A stretch of 64,000 nucleotides of DNA from Eubacteriales bacterium (GTDB taxonomy: Bacteria > Bacillota > Clostridia > Oscillospirales > CAG-382), in assembly GCA_045589515.1 (NCBI GenBank), contig JAZNPH010000045.1, positions 5,560 through 69,559 of the forward strand, given 5' to 3'. The notes under the pieces are model-generated. The model worked only from the letters and a program-made list of their open reading frames with translations, was not told the origin of the DNA and did no database searches. The position numbers and the translations under genes were made by a program. Shown piece by piece: positions 1 through 9,926 of this stretch (within the stretch, counting starts at the first letter, position 1; the number at the start of each line of letters is the position of its first letter).

Positions 1-1
1 T

Positions 2-382
2 ACCATTGATTTCGAGAACATGACGCCTCCCGACCAGATTAACGGTGATCTCCTTTTCTGGATCTTGAATGCCGATCCTGCTTGTACTGTCAAAGAAAAC
101 GGTACTTTAGGCTTCCGTTTGACCTTTAAACTCAAGAGCGATAAACCCTTCGAAACCTCTATGCTTAGCATCGCAGAGCCGGAAGTTATTAACGGTGATC
201 TTCAGGAAATGTCTGAAGGTACGTACTCCATTTCCGTTGTTGCGCTCGACCAAAACACCGGGGGAGATAACGCCGGAGAGAGCACAGGTCTGAAGATCTT
301 CATTGCCGTCGCGGCAGCTGTTCTTGTCATCTGTGGTGGCGTTGGGATCTGGTACTTCGTCAGAAAGAAGAAGACCAAATGA
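2..382 (+). CDS. 3' end of a CDS entering from upstream; C-terminal part of a membrane-anchored extracellular protein
   Basis: The frame is open from nt 2 (TIDFENMTPP...), so the ATG at 20 is probably internal. A C-terminal hydrophobic helix IFIAVAAAVLVICGGVGIWYF is followed by the basic tail VRKKKTK. No family recognised. Confidence 0.4.
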   Translation, partial: TIDFENMTPPDQINGDLLFWILNADPACTVKENGTLGFRLTFKLKSDKPFETSMLSIAEPEVINGDLQEMSEGTYSISVVALDQNTGGDNAGESTGLKIFIAVAAAVLVICGGVGIWYFVRKKKTK

Positions 383-978
383 GAAGCTTAAAAGCTTTTT
401 GGTCGGCCTATTCTGCCAACCTCGTTAAATTCTGGACCAACCAAATCGTTATGTCCATTTTGGGCATTAGCGTAGGGCTGGCAACCATCGCGTTGGACAA
501 CACTCCCTTTGCGATTATCGGTTGCGTGTTCACCGTTGGCTTGCTTTGCTATTTACAGTACGACAACGCATTCCAACTGGGATTGAAAGATCACTATCGA
601 CCCATCGACGTTAAGAGACCTAAGCGAACGCTGGGACTAAAGATCGGTCTTCTTGGGTCCGTTCCCCTGATTGTATTTGTTGTGCTGGGGTTGCTTTTTC
701 AGTTGACCGGGTTAGAGTCGCCTACCGTAATCACTCAGTTGATCTATTATGCGATCCACGGCTCTTACGTCCAACTCCACGCGCTGATCAAATCTGCAGA
801 GCTGTTCCAAACAGCTTCTATGATGAACGGAGCGCTCAACTGGTTGCTCTGTCTGGCTTACGTTCTGCCTGCGCTTCTCTGTTCTGCCATCGGTTATCTC
901 TTAGGCGCGTACGACAAGCCGTTGCGTACTTTTTTTGGACTCAAATACGTTCCCGACGGAAAGAAAGAAAAGCATTGA
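379..978 (+). CDS. polytopic membrane protein, function unknown
   Basis: 199-aa ORF with several hydrophobic segments. Its start overlaps the upstream stop (ATGA at 379-382). No family recognised. Confidence 0.45.
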   Translation: MRSLKAFWSAYSANLVKFWTNQIVMSILGISVGLATIALDNTPFAIIGCVFTVGLLCYLQYDNAFQLGLKDHYRPIDVKRPKRTLGLKIGLLGSVPLIVFVVLGLLFQLTGLESPTVITQLIYYAIHGSYVQLHALIKSAELFQTASMMNGALNWLLCLAYVLPALLCSAIGYLLGAYDKPLRTFFGLKYVPDGKKEKH

Positions 979-1045
979 CCTTCATAAAATCGTTTCCCAT
1001 ACCATAAGATGACTTAGAGAAACACTGATAAAGGAATCGTACGGT

Positions 1046-1819
1046 ATGGGAAAACGGTCTCAATTTAATTTTAGAGAGCCGCGTTTCTTTTTGGTCTTTT
1101 TGACCATCTTGATTGCGGCTGTCATTCTATTTTACTTCATCGCCTCAATGATAACCTCGGTAGGGTATCAAACCTTTGCTGAAGCAAGCCAAACTACGGT
1201 TGCTTCCGAAAAGACGGTAACAATCATTCTGGATGCAGGGCACGGCGGTGAAGACCCGGGGGCAATTGCAAACGGTGTAACGGAAAAAGAGATCAATCTC
1301 ACTGTGACAAAAAAGATTGCCGCATTTCTAAAATTATCCGGATATAACGTGCGATTGACACGAGAAAGTGACCGTCTGCTATACAACGATGGGGAAGAGG
1401 CCCGTAAAAAGTTCTTTGACCTATACAATCGAGTGAAAATCGTAGCAGGGGAGTCCAACGCGATTTTTATCAGCATCCATATGAACAAATTCCCCATAGA
1501 AAGCTGCAAAGGCTTGCAGACGTTCTATTCCACAAACCACCCCTCCAATCAAGAACTGGCCAATATAATCCAAGAAAGCAATCGACTTTTGAACGCGGAA
1601 AACAAACGGAAGCCCAAGGAAGACCCCGGTACTATTTACGTATTAAAGAATCTCGAGATACCTTCTGTCCTGATAGAATGCGGATTTCTGTCCAACCCGG
1701 AGGAGGCAAAAATGCTTTCGGATATAAACTACCAGGAGGATCTCGCATTTACAATCTATTGCGGAATTATCCAATTCCTTCAGGAGAACCAAATTGAAAA
1801 CCAATTATATTTGCAATAA
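1046..1819 (+). CDS. cwlD: N-acetylmuramoyl-L-alanine amidase, CwlD-like (Amidase_3 fold, germination-type)
   Basis: N-terminal TM segment followed by LDAGHGGEDPGA ... ISIHMN ... ECGFLSN, the Zn-amidase signature of the CwlD/Amidase_3 family. Size is about right for CwlD. Confidence 0.75.
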   Translation: MGKRSQFNFREPRFFLVFLTILIAAVILFYFIASMITSVGYQTFAEASQTTVASEKTVTIILDAGHGGEDPGAIANGVTEKEINLTVTKKIAAFLKLSGYNVRLTRESDRLLYNDGEEARKKFFDLYNRVKIVAGESNAIFISIHMNKFPIESCKGLQTFYSTNHPSNQELANIIQESNRLLNAENKRKPKEDPGTIYVLKNLEIPSVLIECGFLSNPEEAKMLSDINYQEDLAFTIYCGIIQFLQENQIENQLYLQ

Positions 1820-3173
1820 TTGCGGCAACGTTACATCAAAATGGTATGGAAAATGCCCGGAATGCGATGCATGGAATACCATAGAGGAGCATATCGTCCA
1901 AGACGCTCCCATTGGGCAAAAGAACAAGCGTTCGCAACCCGGTTCTTATCCTACGATTTCGGAATCTAAAGCTAAAAAAATTTCCGAAATTGTCTTTCAA
2001 AAAGATATCCGTTTTATGACCGGCCTGGGAGAGTTTGATCGAGTTTTAGGCGGCGGTTTGGTAGAAGGCTCTGTTGTGCTCATCTCCGGAGAGCCCGGGA
2101 TCGGCAAATCCACGCTTTTGCTCCAAATTTGTCAGCACGTAGGAAATTCCGCTAAACTGCTATATGTGACCGGCGAGGAATCCGTGTCACAGATCAAACT
2201 TCGAGCCGAGCGAGTGGGAGTAAGCACGGATAATTTACTGTTATTAAGCGAGACATGTGTCAATAAAATCATACCCGAGATTGATGCAAACCAACCAAAT
2301 GTTGTTATTATAGACTCAATACAGACGATTTATGACGATAATTACCCGTCTTCTCCAGGCACGGTAACTCAGGTCAAACAAGCAACCATGCAATTGATCA
2401 CCAAAGCAAAGGAAGATCAGATCTCCATAATAATCGTAGGCCACGTTAACAAGGATGGCGCAATTGCAGGGCCCAAAGTGCTGGAGCATATGGTAGATGC
2501 CGTTCTGTATTTCGAAGGCGATAAGCAGCATGCTTACCGTATTATAAGAGCAGTAAAGAACCGTTACGGCTCCACAAATGAAATGGGCATGTTCGAAATG
2601 TCCGACGATGGTCTCACAGAGATTGAGAAGCCTTCTGAATTGATTTTAGAGCAAAGGCCCAAGGATGTACCCGGCAGCTGTGCCGTTGCAGTTATGGAAG
2701 GCACAAGGCCTCTGGTAACGGAGATCCAAGCATTATGTACTCAGACGTCCTATCCATCGCCCAGAAGAATGGCATCGGGATACGACTATAACCGCGTTTC
2801 GCTGTTACTTGCCGTACTGGAAAAGAGACTGGGGATGCGTTTTTCCAGTCAGGACGTTTATATCAATATTGCAGGAGGCATCCGTATCGACGAGCCTGCT
2901 TGTGACGCCGCTACTGCGTTGGCGTTGATTTCCAGTTATAAGGATCTTCCTGTTCCGGATGATCTCATCGTTATGGGCGAACTGGGCTTAGCGGGAGAAT
3001 GCCGTTCCATCAGCACGCTGGATCAGCGTTTGAGCAAAGCCGCAAGACTCGGATTCAAAAAAGCAGCCGTTCCGTTCCGAAACGCCGAAAGATTAAAAAA
3101 CAAGCATGGTTTGGAAATCATAAAGCTTCGCAGTGTTTATGATTTACTGAAACTACTGAAACCCCAAGAATAA
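1794..3173 (+). CDS. radA: DNA repair protein RadA/Sms
   Basis: N-terminal zinc finger CNNCG...CPECDAWNT, Walker A GEPGIGKST, KNRYG motif and a Lon-like C-terminal domain. TTG start at 1794 lies 6 nt after GGAGA. Confidence 0.95.
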   Translation: MKTNYICNNCGNVTSKWYGKCPECDAWNTIEEHIVQDAPIGQKNKRSQPGSYPTISESKAKKISEIVFQKDIRFMTGLGEFDRVLGGGLVEGSVVLISGEPGIGKSTLLLQICQHVGNSAKLLYVTGEESVSQIKLRAERVGVSTDNLLLLSETCVNKIIPEIDANQPNVVIIDSIQTIYDDNYPSSPGTVTQVKQATMQLITKAKEDQISIIIVGHVNKDGAIAGPKVLEHMVDAVLYFEGDKQHAYRIIRAVKNRYGSTNEMGMFEMSDDGLTEIEKPSELILEQRPKDVPGSCAVAVMEGTRPLVTEIQALCTQTSYPSPRRMASGYDYNRVSLLLAVLEKRLGMRFSSQDVYINIAGGIRIDEPACDAATALALISSYKDLPVPDDLIVMGELGLAGECRSISTLDQRLSKAARLGFKKAAVPFRNAERLKNKHGLEIIKLRSVYDLLKLLKPQE

Positions 3174-3177
3174 CCCC

Positions 3178-3230
3178 AAAACCGAGAAATTAACTTATTG
3201 TGATATATTTCTCGGTTTTAATCCCCTTTT
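3178..3230 (+). terminator. stem-loop downstream of radA
   Basis: aaaaccgagaaat (3178-3190) pairs with atttctcggtttt (3207-3219), followed by a T-containing tail. Confidence 0.5.
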
Positions 3231-3276
3231 GCAATATACAAAACTTGCATTTTGTATAATTGCATTGAGGTTTAAA

Positions 3277-3316
3277 GGGAGGTGCAGACAATCACAGTCT
3301 GCACCTCCCTTTTGTG
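3277..3316. terminator. GC-rich hairpin between convergent genes (bidirectional terminator candidate)
   Basis: gggaggtgcagac / gtctgcacctccc stem (3277-3309) followed by ttttgtg on the + strand. It sits just 3' of the minus-strand CDS ending at 3330. Confidence 0.5.
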
Positions 3317-3329
3317 TTATATAGCAAAT

Positions 3330-4328
3330 TTAACCGTGGTCAGTGAAAATAGGTTCCACTTCATCTTCTTCGGGAATCTCGTCGGGATGATCGCTGTAGT
3401 AAGGCTTGATCATATATTCATCGATCACAGGGTATGTACAATAAACGCCGATGAAGCCCAGAACACCAAAGGTAACAATGAGAGGCAGTACGATTCCGAA
3501 ATGCGGCATCGGCTTGTAGATCAGAAAATTCAAAAATATAATAGCCGCAGAAGAACCAATACAAGCAAGACTTCTCTTCCAACCAAGCAAAGTCATGTAA
3601 AGGGCGTTCTTCAGCATCTTCTTGAACTTAATGTCAAAGGTCATGGTGATCAAATAGATATAAAAACGCATGACATAGTAGATCAGCCCGAAGAACAGCA
3701 CGATATAGAAGGAGCTGAGAGAAAGTAAGCTACCGGATGCGGAAGCGCCTGCATGATATGCCATCAGATCATAAACGATAAAGATAATCATAAATGCATC
3801 CAAAATAGCGATTGGAAGTCCCACGCGAAGATTCTTTTTGATCACCGGAAAGAAATCGCTCCACGTAGAAACAGGTTCGCCCCGAGTAATGCTGCGGAAA
3901 TTATAGAGCATCCCAATGGTCGACAAACCAAAGGAAACAATCAGCAATAAAGCAGAATACATGAGTATCTTTGAAGTAGTAGACACAACAGGTACAGTCG
4001 CACTCAAGCCAAGCATCCCTTGAAGAGTGGTGAATACCGTACTGCTCTCCCCTGCTACCTCCATGCCGTAAATCTGACTATAAAGCGGTGTTGAGGGTGC
4101 AGCAACCTCAGGATCAAAAGTGCCGGAAATGCCAATGATGAATAAAATGATCGGAATGTTGCAAAGAGTAAAAATAAGATTTGTTCCGGAAATTTTTCCC
4201 AACCTGGTTCTAAGCAGATAAAAGAAATATCCGACTCCCATTTTTTTATCTTTCGCTACCTGTTTTTTAGAAACGCCTTTTCCGGTTCTATTTTCCGTTC
4301 CGGAAAAGAAATTATAAAGTCTTCCCAT
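3330..4328 (-). CDS. polytopic membrane protein (possibly YesL/DUF624-like)
   Basis: 332-aa ORF with a basic N-terminus followed by at least 6 hydrophobic helices. The family assignment is from memory only. Confidence 0.45.
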   Translation of the reverse strand: MGRLYNFFSGTENRTGKGVSKKQVAKDKKMGVGYFFYLLRTRLGKISGTNLIFTLCNIPIILFIIGISGTFDPEVAAPSTPLYSQIYGMEVAGESSTVFTTLQGMLGLSATVPVVSTTSKILMYSALLLIVSFGLSTIGMLYNFRSITRGEPVSTWSDFFPVIKKNLRVGLPIAILDAFMIIFIVYDLMAYHAGASASGSLLSLSSFYIVLFFGLIYYVMRFYIYLITMTFDIKFKKMLKNALYMTLLGWKRSLACIGSSAAIIFLNFLIYKPMPHFGIVLPLIVTFGVLGFIGVYCTYPVIDEYMIKPYYSDHPDEIPEEDEVEPIFTDHG

Positions 4329-4332
4329 GGAT

Positions 4333-5250
4333 TTATGCCCTCGGATGAAATTTCATATAACTATTCTTCATCTTGTCCTTCAAATACTGCGCATACCGCT
4401 GAGTAGAGGAAAGATCTTTATGACCAAGAATCTCCTGAATATCATGTATGTCCGCTCCGTTTTCCAGCAAATGGGTTGCAAAGGAATGGCGCAAGGTATG
4501 CGGTGTGATATCCTTGGTGATCTTTGCAGAGGAAACGTATGACTTGAGGATCTTCCAGAACCCCTGTCTTGTAAGCCGTTCACCGGAAATATTTACAAAT
4601 AACGCCCTTTCCTCGGAAGAATCGGCGAGAATCACTCTTGATTTATCCAAATACGTAGTAACAGCCTTCAAAGCAACAGGATACAACGGGATCAAACGCT
4701 CGTTTTCACCTTCGCCGCAACGAATACATGACACACTTAAATTCAGGTCATTCAAATCCAAACCGATCAGCTCCGAGACCTTGATGCCCGTGGCATAAAG
4801 AAGCTCCAACATAGCTTTATCGCGGATACCCTTGATATCGTTAACATCAGGTTGAGACAACAACGCATCCACCTCTTTTGAGGTCAGAACGTTAAGCTCC
4901 TTGTGAACCACTTTATCGTTGTGAACGTTCTTTGCGGGGTTAGCGTCAGCAAGACCCACGGAAAGAAGATACTGAAACAAACCGCGAAGAGAAGACAAGG
5001 AACGGCTGACAGAGGAAGACGAAAGTCCCTGGGCATTCAAATAAAGCTTGTACTCCTCTACATCCTCTTCGGTCAGTTGAGAAAAGCTGTGAATATCTCT
5101 TGCAATCGCAAAACCGAAAAATTTCTCTAGATCGCGACGATAAGCCTGAACGGTATTAGCAGAAGAATGTTTTTCATCACGCAGATACGCCAGGTAACGA
5201 TTTAATTGTATGGTAAGCTGCCCGGTAACTACCTGCATAAATAACTCCAA
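4333..5250 (-). CDS. xerD: site-specific tyrosine recombinase XerD-like
   Basis: N-terminal SAM-like core-binding domain (LAYLRDEKHSSANTVQAYRRDL). C-terminal catalytic residues lie in ...TPHTLRHSFATHLLENGADIHDIQEILGHKDLSSTQRY. Confidence 0.85.
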   Translation of the reverse strand: MELFMQVVTGQLTIQLNRYLAYLRDEKHSSANTVQAYRRDLEKFFGFAIARDIHSFSQLTEEDVEEYKLYLNAQGLSSSSVSRSLSSLRGLFQYLLSVGLADANPAKNVHNDKVVHKELNVLTSKEVDALLSQPDVNDIKGIRDKAMLELLYATGIKVSELIGLDLNDLNLSVSCIRCGEGENERLIPLYPVALKAVTTYLDKSRVILADSSEERALFVNISGERLTRQGFWKILKSYVSSAKITKDITPHTLRHSFATHLLENGADIHDIQEILGHKDLSSTQRYAQYLKDKMKNSYMKFHPRA

Positions 5251-5268
5251 CTTAAATCACGAAAATAC

Positions 5269-5796
5269 TTATATCACGAAAATAATAGACACAATCAAAG
5301 AAAGAACAAGTAACAGAAAATGACGATGAAATAACAAGTTACGCCAGCCCTGCAATCCCCTTTTCCAGGAGAAAATACCTTCGCAAGAAAGAAGCAAAAA
5401 AGAAAAAGAAAAGAAACAGAGCAAAATATAGTCGCCAGCGGTGGAAACACATCCATTGCCAATAGAATACCCGATGAAAATAAATACCCAAAGAACAGAC
5501 AGAGGTATTAAAACAAAAGCTAAGGCAGTCAATCCAAAAAGAAAAACAGCAATACAATGAACTGTCAAAAAAGAAGACAACTGCGTCGACAAGAAACCAT
5601 AACGAAGAAACCCACCCAGAAGCAACCCCCAAAATGCCGGAAAACACATGACAAGATAGCATATTTTCCCCTCGTGGAAATGCTTGTCAACTTCCATAAA
5701 AACACGGCGAAGCAACGCTCTGACCGCGACTGCCACGCCGTTCGGGGACGCTTTGTAAGGAACAAGAGCACGAACGGTAGTACGCTGAAAAGACAA
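5269..5796 (-). CDS. small polytopic membrane protein; weak candidate for SpoIIM-like
   Basis: Hydrophobic 175-aa ORF directly upstream of xerD. The SpoIIM idea rests only on rough xerD neighbourhood synteny in Firmicutes. Start codon uncertain. Confidence 0.3.
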   Translation of the reverse strand: MSFQRTTVRALVPYKASPNGVAVAVRALLRRVFMEVDKHFHEGKICYLVMCFPAFWGLLLGGFLRYGFLSTQLSSFLTVHCIAVFLFGLTALAFVLIPLSVLWVFIFIGYSIGNGCVSTAGDYILLCFFSFSFLLLSCEGIFSWKRGLQGWRNLLFHRHFLLLVLSLIVSIIFVI

Positions 5797-5837
5797 TCAA
5801 ATCACCTCAGCACACTATATGAAACGAGCCTGTGCTG

Positions 5838-6668
5838 TTATGACTCCAGAGATTTAGTTATCTCGTCCGCTCTTCTGGAGCAGGCAAACATAGCGTTCTT
5901 AACGATCCCGACAAAATCAGAATCCTCGAAAACCTTCATTGCTTCCAAAGTCGTGCCGCCGGGACTGCAAACGCGGCGGATCTCCTCGGCGGGAGTAAGT
6001 GTAGATTGCTCGATCATCTTCGCAGACCCGATAATGGTCTTAAGAATCAAAGGCAAAGCCTGCTTCTCGGAAATACCCTGCTCTTTCGCCCCTTCCAGCA
6101 TTGCCTGAACAAGAAGAAAAACATAAGCAGGAGAAGATCCGTTTACCGAGATTATGGGATTCAAAAGCTCTTCTTCCATCACCGAAACGGTAGCAACCGA
6201 AGACAGCAGACGGCAAACGTAAGCAAAAGACTTATTGTCAACCAAGTGATTCTTGCAAACCGCAACGGTACCTTCCCCGATCTGCAAAGGCATACCAGGC
6301 ATGGTACGGATCACGGGCACTTCAACGCCCGCATAACGGCAAATAAGCGTTGACGTAACGGAAGCCGCAATAGAAACGAAAATAGCGTTTGAGGGAAGCT
6401 CAGAGGCTTCACGGCACTCTGCAACCACCTCCGGAAAGCTCACTGGCTTAACACAAAGAAAAACATAGTCGGCTCCCGCAACAGCAGAGGCAATGGAATC
6501 GGCAGTAGAAACACCAATAGAACGGAAAGATGGATACCGCTCACTGCTTTTGCAGCAAACTGTAATCTCGGAAGCGTCCACCGCGCCGGAGGCAACCAAA
6601 CCTCTGATGATGGCGCCGCCCATATTTCCTCCGCCGATGAAGGCAAGCTTTGCGTTTCTTTTTGCCAT
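5838..6668 (-). CDS. proC: pyrroline-5-carboxylate reductase
   Basis: Rossmann motif LAFIGGGNMGGAIIRGL near the N-terminus; C-terminal ...VCSPGGTTLEAM. Start chosen at MAKRNAK (6668) rather than the longest ORF (6707). Confidence 0.9.
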   Translation of the reverse strand: MAKRNAKLAFIGGGNMGGAIIRGLVASGAVDASEITVCCKSSERYPSFRSIGVSTADSIASAVAGADYVFLCVKPVSFPEVVAECREASELPSNAIFVSIAASVTSTLICRYAGVEVPVIRTMPGMPLQIGEGTVAVCKNHLVDNKSFAYVCRLLSSVATVSVMEEELLNPIISVNGSSPAYVFLLVQAMLEGAKEQGISEKQALPLILKTIIGSAKMIEQSTLTPAEEIRRVCSPGGTTLEAMKVFEDSDFVGIVKNAMFACSRRADEITKSLES

Positions 6669-7133
6669 AAAAATCAATCCTTTGCTGAACGTGGTTATAT
6701 CATACATCTTTTCCTCAAAAAATTCAAGAGAGAATCGCGAAATAAATCATTTTCGTTAAAAAAGTAGAATTATCGGCCTATATTATGTCAACCGAATTAT
6801 GTATACCTTCGCAACCGGGACGCAAAAAGACATCATGTTGTGAAGTTCGGATCAACGAGCGCAAGATGTTGTTTGTGCATTTCGTCAAAGAGGCTTCGAC
6901 ATACCTCGCAATCTTTCGAGAAATCTCATTTTTTCGTTCGTCTCCTCTGTAAAAAAATCGAGGGGAAAACAGATCTAAAATAAAAAGAACGCCCCATATG
7001 AGGCGTACAGAGGATCAATCACCTCCAAGCACTAAAAAGGCAGTCAGGGACAGATCCCCTGCCCTTTTTTGACACCTTAAAAATTTACGTTAAAGTTCAT
7101 TCCTGAACACTTTTGCACTTTTTGAGGAACAAG

Positions 7134-7180
7134 AAAAACCCCTTGCATTGCTTGATTTTTAAGCAATACAAGGGGTTTCC
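7134..7180 (-). terminator. intrinsic terminator of ssrA
   Basis: On the minus strand: gaaaccccttgtattgctt-loop-aagcaatgcaaggggttt followed by ttcttg, immediately 3' of the tmRNA CCA end. Confidence 0.7.
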
Positions 7181-7194
7181 CTGCCGATCGTTTT

Positions 7195-7546
7195 TGGTGG
7201 AGGCGAGGGGAATCGAACCCCTGTCCTAAGATCCATCCGGAAAGCTTTCTCCGAGCGCAGAAGATTCTTACGTTCCCGATCCTGCAGGTGAATCCTCAAA
7301 CCGGCAGAAAAGGTAGCTTCATAAATTCATGACGAAACGCAAAGCTTAATTTCGTTCACGTTCACCGCTTAGTGACGCCATATCCCGAGCCGCGGTACTC
7401 TCGGGTATGACGGAAGCCACACTTAGGCAGCTACGAGATTGCTATTATTGTTAGCGTTTAATTTTAAAGTGCACATTTTAAGGAAGTTATGCGCTTCCGC
7501 TCGCTTACCTTCGTTCAAAATCCCAGTCGAAACCTTTACGCCCCCC
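7195..7546 (-). ncRNA. ssrA: transfer-messenger RNA (tmRNA, SsrA)
   Basis: The minus strand begins GGGGGGCGTAAAGGTTTCGACTGGGATTTTGAACG... and ends ...GGACAGGGGTTCGATTCCCCTCGCCTCCACCA (tRNA-Ala-like acceptor/T-arm). The internal tag ORF at 7423-7455 reads ANNNSNLVAA-stop. It lies immediately downstream of smpB. Confidence 0.9.
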
Positions 7547-7548
7547 TG

Positions 7549-8001
7549 TTATCGGTTCTGCTCCTTGAAGGCACGTTCCATTTCGCGCTTAGCAGAGCGT
7601 TCTGCATCCGCATCTCGTTTGTCGTACAATTTCTTACCGCGGCATAGACCTACCTCCATCTTCGCCCACTTCCCTTTAAAATATACGGAAAGAGGGATCA
7701 AAGAATAGCCCTTTTGTCCCACTTGACCAAACAGACGCATAATTTCCTTCTTGTGCATCAAAAGCCTGCGGGTGCGGTAAGGATCACGGTTAAAGATATT
7801 GCCCTGCTCGTAGGGACTGATGTGCATCCCGAACACAAGCAGCTCTCCGTTATCCACGCGGCAAAAGGAATCCTTCAGATTGATGGCTCCTTTGCGGAGA
7901 GACTTTACCTCCGTGCCGGTGAGCTCAAGACCAGCCTCGAATCTTTCGTCGACAAAATACTCATGATATGCTTTTTTGTTTTGAGAGACGATCTTGATCA
8001 T
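7549..8001 (-). CDS. smpB: SsrA-binding protein SmpB
   Basis: [34 protein letters not shown]... is a classic SmpB N-terminus, with a basic C-terminal tail. Start taken at MIKIV (8001). Confidence 0.93.
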   Translation of the reverse strand: MIKIVSQNKKAYHEYFVDERFEAGLELTGTEVKSLRKGAINLKDSFCRVDNGELLVFGMHISPYEQGNIFNRDPYRTRRLLMHKKEIMRLFGQVGQKGYSLIPLSVYFKGKWAKMEVGLCRGKKLYDKRDADAERSAKREMERAFKEQNR

Positions 8002-8058
8002 CTCGCTCACAGGAGTCCCTCCTTTCGTGAATTCAGTTTTTACAGTATACAATATTTT

Positions 8059-8778
8059 TTATGAAAAATCAAGAGCGAAAATTGCCTGGAAGCAAGGTTT
8101 TTCAAGAGTTTTGTTCCACGCGATGGCTGTAAAGCCTTCAGAAGTCTTTTGAAACCGTAATTCGATCTCGTCGCCCAAGTACGCCTCGTGATCAAACAAG
8201 ATGCACAGCGCCCTTACAGGAGCTTCACAGACGTTTATCGGCGCATGATCCAAGATATAGTCGGAATAATAGCAATTGTTCAGATGCTTGTTTTCGTCCA
8301 ACTCGGTTAAAAGTACGTTCCTTGTTGCCGTATTTTCCACAGCAGTTTGGGAAACCCGTCTGGGAATAGGACCGAATTCAGATGCGGGCAAGGATTCCTT
8401 GATCTCATACGGAAGATCAGAGGGGCGAAGAATGGTTCGTTTCTGATAATTGATCAAAACCCAGCGGCTGTCCGCATTACATACCAACTCTTCCCCACTC
8501 CAGAGCTCAAAGGCGCGGAAAAAGGTCACTCCTTCCACCTTGTAGGGGTACGTGCGCAGGATCAATTGGTCTCCGGAAAGGATATCCTTATAGAAATCCA
8601 TACGCAGCTTGGTGATCACAAATACCATCGAATGTGCACGCATATTCTGATACGTCGCGCCTCGATCGGCAATATCCTCCAATGCGATTTGTTGAAAATA
8701 CCTTTGCAGAGCGGATGGCTTAACTCTGCCGTCCGGCAAAACATCATAACTGCAAATTGTAATCTTAGATTCTTTCAT
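8059..8778 (-). CDS. acyl-ACP thioesterase family protein
   Basis: 239 aa with a double hot-dog pattern (ICSYDVLPDGRVKPSALQRYFQQIALED...), typical of bacterial FatA/B-like acyl-ACP thioesterases. Confidence 0.75.
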   Translation of the reverse strand: MKESKITICSYDVLPDGRVKPSALQRYFQQIALEDIADRGATYQNMRAHSMVFVITKLRMDFYKDILSGDQLILRTYPYKVEGVTFFRAFELWSGEELVCNADSRWVLINYQKRTILRPSDLPYEIKESLPASEFGPIPRRVSQTAVENTATRNVLLTELDENKHLNNCYYSDYILDHAPINVCEAPVRALCILFDHEAYLGDEIELRFQKTSEGFTAIAWNKTLEKPCFQAIFALDFS

Positions 8779-8793
8779 AGTAAATTCATTCCA

Positions 8794-9792
8794 TTACAGT
8801 GTGTCCATGTCCGCCAAGGGATTCGCCTGCATGGCTTGCTCCAGCTTTTTATCGGATACGTGAGTATAGATCTGTGTGGTTGTCAATTGCTCGTGTCCGA
8901 GGATATCCTTCAAGACGCGGATATCTACGTCGCCGTTGTTATACATCAGGGTAGCAGCGGTGTGACGGAGCTTGTGGGTGGAATACCCCTTCCCCTCCAG
9001 ACCTGCCATTTTAAGCTGCTTCTTCACGATCCATTGAACGGTCTTGTTGGAAATGCGGTTCCCGCGGCTGCTCAAAAACAAAGCGTTTTTGTCCTTGATG
9101 GTTTCCGAGTGCGACCTTCCAAGCTGTTCTCTGATAGAGAGATACGAAACCAGAGCACTTTGGCAAGCCTTGTTCAGATAAATGGTACGTTGTTTATTCC
9201 CCTTACCGGTGACAACCATCTTTTTCATATCGCTTTCGATATGGCTGAGATTGATTCCCACAAGCTCGGAAAGACGCATTCCGCAATTCAGGAAAAATGT
9301 CAAAATACAGTAGTCCCGTTTGGCAGTATCCGAATCAGGATCCACACTTTCCAAAAGATCCTTGCTTTCGTCTAAGGATAAGTATTTGGGCAAAGCCTGG
9401 CGAACCGTTGGACTGTCGATATCTCTGGTAGGGTCTTGTTCCAGCTGACGGGATTTTGTGGTATGGTACTTATAAAAGGAACGTAATGAAGAAAGCTTAC
9501 GGGCTCTTGCCGTGGAGCCGTTCTTCTGATCTCTTGCCAACCAAAGAAGATAGGCATAGATCTCATCCGTGGTGACGCTTGCGACAAAATTCCGATCGAT
9601 GGATTCGATGGAGACTTCTGCTAAGGCTTCCTTGTCGCCGCGCTCTACCTGAACCTCTCCTCGGGAAACCAGCAGATACCGAAAGAAGGTGCGAAGATCA
9701 AGGTAATACTCCTTGACGGTTAGGGGAGAGCGCCCTTGGATGGTTTCTTTGTATGCGAGAAACGTTTGTATGATGGTGGGAATCCGTTCCAT
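8794..9792 (-). CDS. tyrosine-type recombinase, XerC-like
   Basis: Catalytic box ...STHKLRHTAATLMYNNGDVDIRVLKDILGHEQLTTTQIYTHV. Start chosen at MERIPT (9792), preceded by AAGGAGG. Confidence 0.85.
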   Translation of the reverse strand: MERIPTIIQTFLAYKETIQGRSPLTVKEYYLDLRTFFRYLLVSRGEVQVERGDKEALAEVSIESIDRNFVASVTTDEIYAYLLWLARDQKNGSTARARKLSSLRSFYKYHTTKSRQLEQDPTRDIDSPTVRQALPKYLSLDESKDLLESVDPDSDTAKRDYCILTFFLNCGMRLSELVGINLSHIESDMKKMVVTGKGNKQRTIYLNKACQSALVSYLSIREQLGRSHSETIKDKNALFLSSRGNRISNKTVQWIVKKQLKMAGLEGKGYSTHKLRHTAATLMYNNGDVDIRVLKDILGHEQLTTTQIYTHVSDKKLEQAMQANPLADMDTL

Positions 9793-9926
9793 AGCAACCC
9801 GACCTCCTTTTCGCCTTCTATTATATAACATTCGGACGCAATTTACAAGGTTTTTTTCACGAATTGGTTGACAGGAAACGAAAAAAATAGTATGATAGAT
9901 TTAGATATTATATGGAGGAACTATTT

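Noticed and set aside
6669-7133. ~460-nt ORF-free region upstream of proC, checked for a T-box leader (as in Bacillus pro genes)
   Set aside because: No T-box sequence (…GGTGGTACCGCG) was found on the minus strand. The region contains only AT-rich sequence and two weak hairpins downstream of the ssrA terminator.
7439-7708. 89-aa + strand ORF
   Set aside because: It overlaps the tmRNA gene and the smpB 3' end on the other strand.
8347-9375. 342-aa + strand ORF spanning the thioesterase and recombinase genes
   Set aside because: It crosses an intergenic gap of the opposite strand and overlaps two well-supported genes.
8794-9792. Tyrosine recombinase ~1.2 kb from ssrA, considered as the integrase of a tmRNA-targeting genomic island
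   Set aside because: The flanking genes are housekeeping (smpB, acyl-ACP thioesterase). The protein looks XerC-like rather than phage-integrase-like. I did not spot a direct repeat of the tmRNA 3' end elsewhere in the window. A proper repeat search could still overturn this.
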